Positions 1 to 6,139 of a stretch of 64,000 bases of DNA are shown here, one piece after another. The number at the start of each line of letters is the position of its first letter. The stretch's first letter is position 1. The notes beneath the pieces were generated by a model, which was given only the letters and a program-made list of their open reading frames with translations, ran no database searches and was not told the origin of the DNA. Where the stretch lies: the IMG/VR virus record IMGVR_UViG_3300037470_000488; one strand, given 5' to 3'. The DNA is from an uncultured virus (IMG/VR IMGVR_UViG_3300037470_000488). Lineage: Duplodnaviria; Heunggongvirae; Uroviricota; Caudoviricetes. The translations under genes were made by a program, and so were the position numbers.

Positions 1-65
1 GAGGCGACGCCCGCCACCGCTGACCACCGGAAGCCGCCGCCCCCGCCACCGGTGACAATCCGCCC

Positions 66-1466
66 ATGGGCACCAACGACCGGGCATCTGTAGCGGCACG
101 CGCCGCCGCCCTCCTCGGCGCCCAACTGAAGCCACGGTGGACGCCGCTCCCGCACCAGATCCCACCACCCGGCGACTTCTACGGCTGGGCCATGATCGCC
201 GGACGTGGCGCCGGCAAGACGGACGCCTGCGCCGAGTACGTTGCCCGACACGTCAAAGGCCCCGCCTGCCTGCCCGGCCCCGTCCCCCACTGGATCGGCA
301 TCATCGCGCCCACCCTCGGCGACGCGGCCACGGCCTGCGTGGAAGGACCGTCAGGGATCCTCGCGCACGACCCTTCGGCAAGGGGGCCGATCTCCGCACC
401 GGGCGGCTCGGTGGTGCGGTGGACGAACGGCTCACAGGCGAAGCTGTTCGGCACGGACTCACCGGGCGATGTGGAACGTTTGCGTGCAGGTGGCAACACT
501 TGTCTGATTTGGGCCGAAGAGTTGGCGGCGTGGCGCCACCTCGACGCCGCATGGGACCAGATGCGATTCGGCCTCCGCTCCGGACCGCGCCCCCACTGGA
601 TCGCCTCCACCACCCCGAAGCCCAAGCCGCTCATCAAGAAACTGGTGGCCGGGCAGGTCAGCAACACCGTCCTGACCACCGCCACCACCTACGACAACCC
701 GCACCTCCCCGAGCACATCCGCCAGGCGCTCGAAGAGTCCTACGGCGGCACCCAGCTCGGCCAGCAGGAACTCCTCGGCCTCATCATGGACGAGGACGAA
801 AACGCCCTATGGACACGGAAGATGATCGACGCCGCCCGCGTCCGCCCAGAAGACGTACCAGACCTCGCGCGCATCACCGTCGGCGTCGACCCCTCCGGCG
901 GCGCAGGCGAGCAGGGCATCGTCGTGGCCGGGAAGTCCGGGCTCATCCTGCCGACGCTGCACGCGGTACCGGACAGCGTGGCACCGAGCGGGCCGGCGCG
1001 GCCGGAGCATCACGGGTACGTCCTCGATGACCGAACCTGCCATCTGTCGCCGGACGGATGGGGCCGGCGGGCGGTGCAGGCCGCTATCGACTGGAGCGCC
1101 GATGACCTGGTGGTGGAGACGAACTACGGCGGGGACCAGGCCGTCGCCGTGCTGCGCACTGCGGCTGAGGCGTTGGGCGTGAACATCCCAATCAGGAAGG
1201 TTACAGCGACGCGCGGCAAGGCTGTGCGGGCGCAGCCGGTGAGTGCGTTGACGGCGCAGGGGCGCTGGCACCACGCGGGGACGTTCCCGGAGTTGGAGGA
1301 TCAGATGTCGACGTGGTACCCGGAGATTGGCTGGTCACCGGACCGTGTTGACAGTGCTGTGTGGACCGCATGGCACTTGAAGCTGGTGCGGACGACGTCC
1401 GGCGGGCACGGTTCGTTGGGTGGGGATCTGGCCAGAAAGCAGATCGTTGGCGGGCGGCTACGGTGA
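66..1466 (+). CDS. terL: Terminase large subunit
   Basis: Walker A AGRGAGKT, Walker B IWAEE, coupling motif STTPKP, TTYDNPHL, nuclease motifs VGVDPS and SPDRVDS. Confidence 0.95.
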   Translation: MGTNDRASVAARAAALLGAQLKPRWTPLPHQIPPPGDFYGWAMIAGRGAGKTDACAEYVARHVKGPACLPGPVPHWIGIIAPTLGDAATACVEGPSGILAHDPSARGPISAPGGSVVRWTNGSQAKLFGTDSPGDVERLRAGGNTCLIWAEELAAWRHLDAAWDQMRFGLRSGPRPHWIASTTPKPKPLIKKLVAGQVSNTVLTTATTYDNPHLPEHIRQALEESYGGTQLGQQELLGLIMDEDENALWTRKMIDAARVRPEDVPDLARITVGVDPSGGAGEQGIVVAGKSGLILPTLHAVPDSVAPSGPARPEHHGYVLDDRTCHLSPDGWGRRAVQAAIDWSADDLVVETNYGGDQAVAVLRTAAEALGVNIPIRKVTATRGKAVRAQPVSALTAQGRWHHAGTFPELEDQMSTWYPEIGWSPDRVDSAVWTAWHLKLVRTTSGGHGSLGGDLARKQIVGGRLR

Positions 1467-1471
1467 CGGGC

Positions 1472-1738
1472 ATGAGCATCTGGATCAGTGCCAGCGACGG
1501 CGACGAACGCGACCTCATGGCGCTGTACAACGACGGCGACGCGGCGAACTACCGAGGCGAGGGCACCCCGCGCGTTCACATTGACGTCGCGGTCACCGGG
1601 TCCGGGTTCCATGATTTGACTCGGCTTGCCCTGTGGAGTGACCGCGAGCCCGCCGTTGACACGGATGTGCTGCTCACCCGCGAGGCTGTACGGAGGCTGC
1701 GGGACCGGCTGACTCGGGTGCTTGGGGAGGCATTGTGA
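1472..1738 (+). CDS. Hypothetical protein
   Basis: Fills the gap after terL; stop overlaps next start (GTGA). Start could be GTG 1463. Confidence 0.6.
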   Translation: MSIWISASDGDERDLMALYNDGDAANYRGEGTPRVHIDVAVTGSGFHDLTRLALWSDREPAVDTDVLLTREAVRRLRDRLTRVLGEAL

Positions 1739-2172
1739 ACGCGTGGCTGCTGCTGATTGTGATGGCGCTGGCGACCTACAGGGGTACGCGCTTGGTCGTG
1801 GCTGACACGTTCCCGCCGGTGCTGTGGCTGCGTGACCGGCTCGTCGGCGGGTGGCGGCCGTTGACGGAGAAGGAGCAGGGAAAGTACGTCACCGACGTGG
1901 CTGCTGTGGTGGAGGGCCCGCTGGCCCGCCCGCATCCGAAACTCGGTGCGTTGATGCGTACTGACGGTCAGGTGAACCGGTATGTGCGGCGGGTCAAGTG
2001 GTCGCCGTTCTGGTTGGCCGAGTTGCTGTCGTGCCCGTGGTGCGCGTCCGGTTGGGTAGCCGTCGCAGTGACGGTGGGGGTGTGGGCTGTGGCTGGTCTG
2101 GCGATGCCAGTGCTGGTGTGGTTCGCGGTGTGGGCGGTGGGGGGCCTGTTGGCGGCGCAGGAGTGGGCGTGA
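1735..2172 (+). CDS. DUF1360-like membrane protein
   Basis: LATYRGTRLVVADT and ELLSCPWCASGW motifs with hydrophobic helices; typical position next to terminase/portal in actinophages. Confidence 0.75.
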   Translation: MNAWLLLIVMALATYRGTRLVVADTFPPVLWLRDRLVGGWRPLTEKEQGKYVTDVAAVVEGPLARPHPKLGALMRTDGQVNRYVRRVKWSPFWLAELLSCPWCASGWVAVAVTVGVWAVAGLAMPVLVWFAVWAVGGLLAAQEWA

Positions 2173-2254
2173 CGCCGGAACGCGGGTGGGTGGCGGGCCC
2201 GTAGTGTTTGGGGTGTGGGTGCTGGGGCCTTCGGGTTCTGGTGTGGTGGCGCAC

Positions 2255-2289
2255 AGGGGCCGTCCGCAGTGGGCATGCGGACGGCCCTT
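2255..2289. terminator. GC-rich hairpin between convergent genes
   Basis: AGGGGCCGTCCGCA-GTGGGCA-TGCGGACGGCCCTT inverted repeat. Confidence 0.6.
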
Positions 2290-2354
2290 GCTGCTGCTCG
2301 GGGTACGGGTGGGGGCCGTCTCCGTAGAGACAGCCCCGCTGGGAGGTGCTGGGT

Positions 2355-3512
2355 TCAGGTGGTTTCGTGGATGCGTTTGGATTCGCGCCAGAGGTCTTTG
2401 AGGATTTCTTTCATGACGAGGCGCATGGCGCGGGCGTGTTGGTGTCCGGCGCTGATCGGGGTGCCGGTGGCGGCGGGTTTTCCGGAGGGTCCGCAGCGCT
2501 TGCAGGGCGTCTGGTGTACGGCGTCGGCGTACTTGGTACGGCCGTTGTCGTAGACGGCGCGGTACGGGGAGCGGGCTTGTTTGATGCAGGACTCGGCGAC
2601 GAGGTAGGCGCGGGTCTTGGCCACGGTGGACCAGTTGGCGCGTTGTCCTCGTGCACGGGTGGGAGCGACCCCGGCAGTCGTCCTCTGGGCTGCGAGACCA
2701 TGATGGCCGGGGTCGCCCTGCTTGCCCCCGCCGCCGCTGACCGCGTGGGCATCGGCAGCGCTATGGGCGGCGGGGTGTACGTGGAGGCCGCAGTACGCCC
2801 ACAACTCCGAGACGAGACGCGGCCTGTCGTGCAGGGTATTCCAGTACGGGTCACCGATGGCGGCGAGGAGGCGGCCGCCCTGCTTCTCGCCGACGCCGAC
2901 GGTGGCTTTCACCCACGGGCCGAGCGGGTGCTTCCGCACGGCGCGCTGAAGGTTGAGGGTCGACTGGTGCTCCAGCTTGCCGAGCGCGGTGACGACGTCT
3001 GCGAGTGCGGCTACCTGCGGTTGGTCGAGGGTGAGGCCGAAGCCGCGTTCCTCGCCGTCCTTGTCGGGTTCGTTGCGGGTGAGTTGGCGGAGTCGGTTTT
3101 CGTTGGCGATGCGGGTGCGTTCGAGGTCGTCGAGGACGTCGGCGAGGAGTGCGAGGAGTGGGGCGTTGGAGTCGGCCCACGGGGTGAACGCCAGCACCGG
3201 CGAGTAACCATTGGATGCCGTGACATGCTTGGCCGGTGCTGGCGGGTTGTGCTCCCCGACGGCGGACAGGTCATGGGGACCGTCATCCGTCTGGCCGTCG
3301 GGGAAATCTGACCCAGCCGACGTTCCCGATATGGGCGTCGGTGCCACCATGGTCGGCTGGGAGTCGTGCTCCCCGACGGCGGTACACCTCTGGGAGCCGT
3401 GAGTGCATTGGCCGTCGGGGAAGTCTGCGGCACCAGCAGCAGCAAGGTGGTCATGGGCTTCGTGCCGGGGGTGGCCGCTGCGGGTGCCTGTGGTGAAGTC
3501 TACGACCGTCAC
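2355..3512 (-). CDS. tasA: TasA-like RNA-binding protein (IS110 C-terminal/Nop-like domain, no RuvC/HNH)
   Basis: Coiled coil LDDLERTRIANENRLR, HPLGPWVKATVGVGEKQGGRLLAAIGD, SELWAYCGL, RARGQRANWS, YRAVYD, GHQHARAMRLVMKEILKDLW; no DEDD domain; contains TIGR-like units; GTG start overlaps upstream TGA. Confidence 0.8.
   Translation of the reverse strand: MTVVDFTTGTRSGHPRHEAHDHLAAAGAADFPDGQCTHGSQRCTAVGEHDSQPTMVAPTPISGTSAGSDFPDGQTDDGPHDLSAVGEHNPPAPAKHVTASNGYSPVLAFTPWADSNAPLLALLADVLDDLERTRIANENRLRQLTRNEPDKDGEERGFGLTLDQPQVAALADVVTALGKLEHQSTLNLQRAVRKHPLGPWVKATVGVGEKQGGRLLAAIGDPYWNTLHDRPRLVSELWAYCGLHVHPAAHSAADAHAVSGGGGKQGDPGHHGLAAQRTTAGVAPTRARGQRANWSTVAKTRAYLVAESCIKQARSPYRAVYDNGRTKYADAVHQTPCKRCGPSGKPAATGTPISAGHQHARAMRLVMKEILKDLWRESKRIHETT
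2665..2775 (-). ncRNA. Two intragenic stem-loop TIGR-like guide units
   Basis: Minus strand CCCCGCCGC-CCA-TAGCGCTGC-CG-ATGC-CCA-CGCGGTCAG-CG-GCGGCGGGG and GCGACCCCGG-CCA-TCATGGTCT-CG-CAGC-CCA-GAGGACGAC-TG-CCGGGGTCGC. Confidence 0.85.
3189..3488 (-). ncRNA. Stem-loop TIGR-like array, 5 units with paired 9-nt spacers
   Basis: Five hairpins (3429-3488, 3370-3421, 3312-3361, 3253-3304, 3189-3244), each enclosing a 32-nt CCA-N9-CG-N4-CCA-N9-YG core; period 58-63 nt. Confidence 0.88.
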
Positions 3513-4147
3513 GCCGCAGCACCCCCAGCCTGTGCGAGAACCGACGCAGGCAAATCCCGAACCCGATCCACACCGTGCGCCCGAACCAACTCGGCGAGAC
3601 CTTCAAGCCGTTCAGCGACCGCCGACGTACGCGCCGCCTGCTCCCGCCGCTGCCCCGCCGCGAACATCAACTCCGAGAACCCACAGTCACCCAACCGCTT
3701 CCACTCACGCGGATCCGCGCCCACGTTGTACCGCTCCTCCAGCCACTTCGGCCCGGCCGCGCGGATCGCCGCGACCTTGGCTGACCTACCCGGCTGACGA
3801 ATCGGAGCGGGCGCCGACTTAGCCACCGGGCGTGGCACTGGGCCCGGAGACTCTGCCATGACCTGTGGCTGGCGATGCAGCGTGAGACGAGGACCAATCG
3901 GAGGGCCTGAGAACGGGGGCGCGGAGGGCAGCGGAGGGAGACCGCCGCCCCGGTGGCTCCGGATCTCCTCACGGACCATGCTCGCGAGCACCTGCCCCAA
4001 CGCAGGCCGCAGGTCACAGTCGGCGATGCGGTCGAGGACCTCACCCGCCAGCGCATGAGGATCGGCCAGGTCACTGGTCGCCAGCACATCACGGACGAGG
4101 CGGCGGAGGTTGAAGTCGGTCTCATCGGCGGAACGAGCGCGATCCAT
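3509..4147 (-). CDS. Hypothetical protein translationally coupled to the TasA-like gene
   Basis: 212-aa ORF, AAGGGAAG RBS, stop overlaps tas start (GTGA). Confidence 0.75.
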   Translation of the reverse strand: MDRARSADETDFNLRRLVRDVLATSDLADPHALAGEVLDRIADCDLRPALGQVLASMVREEIRSHRGGGLPPLPSAPPFSGPPIGPRLTLHRQPQVMAESPGPVPRPVAKSAPAPIRQPGRSAKVAAIRAAGPKWLEERYNVGADPREWKRLGDCGFSELMFAAGQRREQAARTSAVAERLEGLAELVRAHGVDRVRDLPASVLAQAGGAAA

Positions 4148-4215
4148 CAGCTACTTCCCTTCGCGGCAATGCGCGGCGACGGAATGAGTATGGTCAGAGG
4201 GTTCCCTCGCGGAAC

Positions 4216-4244
4216 AGAATGCATTAGCCGCACCGATATTGCAA
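4216..4244 (-). promoter_or_regulatory. Putative sigma70-type promoter for the tas cassette
   Basis: TTGCAA-17 nt-CATTCT on the minus strand in an AT-rich gap. Confidence 0.45.
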
Positions 4245-4290
4245 AAAGCAATTAGGTTCACCGGTCCGCCTAATTCAATTCCGCATTCAC

Positions 4291-4327
4291 CCCGGAATGA
4301 TCACCTAGATACGCCACCTACCCTCCC
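4291..4327 (+). promoter_or_regulatory. Putative phage late-promoter motif (copy upstream of portal)
   Basis: CCCGGAATGATCA-N13-CCTACCCTCCC; near-identical copy at 16092-16128. Confidence 0.55.
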
Positions 4328-4354
4328 GTGCAGACCGCACCGAGGAGGAACCCC

Positions 4355-6139
4355 ATGGCCTGGTGGAGCGCCTTCACACGCCGAGGCGTACCCACACCCA
4401 CACCCACGCCCACCCCCGCACCCGACCAACCCAACACCCTCACCGCCGCCGCAGCCCCCGTCTCCAGCCCCCGCACCGGCCTCATCCGCAACACCGAAGG
4501 CTGGCAAGAAGAAGCCTGGGCCTACCACGACACACTCGGCGAATTCCGGTACGCCACCGACTGGGAAGCCAAACGCCTCTCCCGCGTCCGCCTCTACGCC
4601 GCCAAACTCGAACCCGGCGCCGACGAACCCGTACGCGCCAAAGCCGGAATGGCCGTCGACCTCCTCACCGCGTTCGCCGGAGGCCCCGGCGGACAAGCCC
4701 AGATCATGGGCGGCCTCGCCACCCAACTCAGGGTCCCCGGCGAGGGCTACCTCATCGTCGAAAACGTCAGCGGCATCGAGCAGTGGTCGGTCCGCTCCAT
4801 CGACGAAGTCCGTGCCGCGCGCGAGCGGTATGAGGTCATCGACGAGAACAGTCCCCGGTCCGGCAACAACTGGCGCCCCCTCGCCCCCGACTCAATGGCG
4901 CCCATCCGGGTGTGGCGGCCGAACAAGCGCTGGCACCACCTCGCCGACAGCCCCACCCGCGCCGCCCGCGCCACCATGCGCGAGCTGGAGTTGGTCAACC
5001 GGCACATCGTTGCTCAGTACCTGTCGAGGCTTGCCTCTGCTGGCGTCGTGCTGATCCCGAGCGAGGTCAACTTCCCCGAGAAGGAGGAGTTCGCGGACGC
5101 GCCGGACCCGTTCGTCGCCGAATGGATCGAGATCGCGGCAGAGGCGATCCGAACCCCGGGCACGGCCAGCGCCGTAATCCCCATGCCGATCAAAGTTCCG
5201 TCCGAGTACGTCGACAAGATCAAGCACGTCGACTTCACCCTGAAGATCGACGAGAAGATCATCGAGAAGCGGGACTCGGCGATCAGGCGGCTCGCCTCCC
5301 AGCTCAACGTGCCTTCCGAAGTACTCCTCGGCATGGGCGATTTGAACCATTGGAACGCCTGGCTCAGCGACGAGACCTCCCTGAAAGTGGACGTCGCCCC
5401 AGACGCGGAACTCATCTGCCAGGCCATCACCACCGGCTACCTCCAGCCCCGCCTGAAAGCCAGCCACGTCGAAGACTGGGCGAACTGGGTCACCTGGTAC
5501 GACATGTCAGAACTCACCCTCCGCCCCGACCGATCCGACGACGCCATCGCCCTGTACGACCGCCTGGAACTCAACGGCGCAGCCCTCCGCCGCGAAACCG
5601 GATTCAACGAAACAGACAAGCCGACCGACGAGGAACTCAAAGAGCAGGCCCTCAAGGTCATCATCCACACGCTGCCGTCCGGCGCTGGTAGCGCGCTCAC
5701 CGAACTCATCGGCGAACAGGTCACCATCGCCGCGACCGCACCCATCGCCCCCGGCGAACAACCCGAGCCGGAGCCCCCGCCAGAAGACCGCACACCACCC
5801 AACCCCGACACGACACGGGAAGCAGCAGCAGCAGCCCGATCGGACCGGATGCGGCAGCAGGCACAAGCCCTGCACGCCCTGCGCTTCACAACGGGCCGAT
5901 CACCAGAGTTGATGCACCCCACGCTGTGCACACAGCACGCCTACTCCTGCCCGTTCACACACGCCGCGGTGAAGCTGGACGGCCTGCCACGGCCAGGGAC
6001 GTCGGGCACGTATGAGGCGCGCCTCGACGCGTTCGGCCGGCTGTCGATCGGCAGGCTTTCCCCGCATCTGGATACGAGCGGGTTCCTGACCACTCTCTCT
6101 CCTCGGAGTAGTAATGGATTCGCTCGCAGCCGCGGCTGA
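4355..6139 (+). CDS. Portal protein
   Basis: GAGGAGG RBS; WQEEAW, RVWRP, ADSPTRA, SRLASAGV, PSEVLLG..NHW motifs of actinophage portals; position after terminase. Confidence 0.9.
   Translation: MAWWSAFTRRGVPTPTPTPTPAPDQPNTLTAAAAPVSSPRTGLIRNTEGWQEEAWAYHDTLGEFRYATDWEAKRLSRVRLYAAKLEPGADEPVRAKAGMAVDLLTAFAGGPGGQAQIMGGLATQLRVPGEGYLIVENVSGIEQWSVRSIDEVRAARERYEVIDENSPRSGNNWRPLAPDSMAPIRVWRPNKRWHHLADSPTRAARATMRELELVNRHIVAQYLSRLASAGVVLIPSEVNFPEKEEFADAPDPFVAEWIEIAAEAIRTPGTASAVIPMPIKVPSEYVDKIKHVDFTLKIDEKIIEKRDSAIRRLASQLNVPSEVLLGMGDLNHWNAWLSDETSLKVDVAPDAELICQAITTGYLQPRLKASHVEDWANWVTWYDMSELTLRPDRSDDAIALYDRLELNGAALRRETGFNETDKPTDEELKEQALKVIIHTLPSGAGSALTELIGEQVTIAATAPIAPGEQPEPEPPPEDRTPPNPDTTREAAAAARSDRMRQQAQALHALRFTTGRSPELMHPTLCTQHAYSCPFTHAAVKLDGLPRPGTSGTYEARLDAFGRLSIGRLSPHLDTSGFLTTLSPRSSNGFARSRG

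Noticed and set aside
3189..3488. CRISPR array
   Set aside because: No constant 25-40 bp repeat, variable parts are 9 nt, and there are no cas genes
2355..3512. IS110 transposase or insertion sequence
   Set aside because: No N-terminal DEDD RuvC domain and no element ends seen; the tandem 9-nt spacer hairpins fit TIGR/TasA better
3790..3960. Further TIGR units in the Pro-rich linker of the partner gene
   Set aside because: The CCA-N9-CG-N4-CCA spacing and enclosing stems are absent
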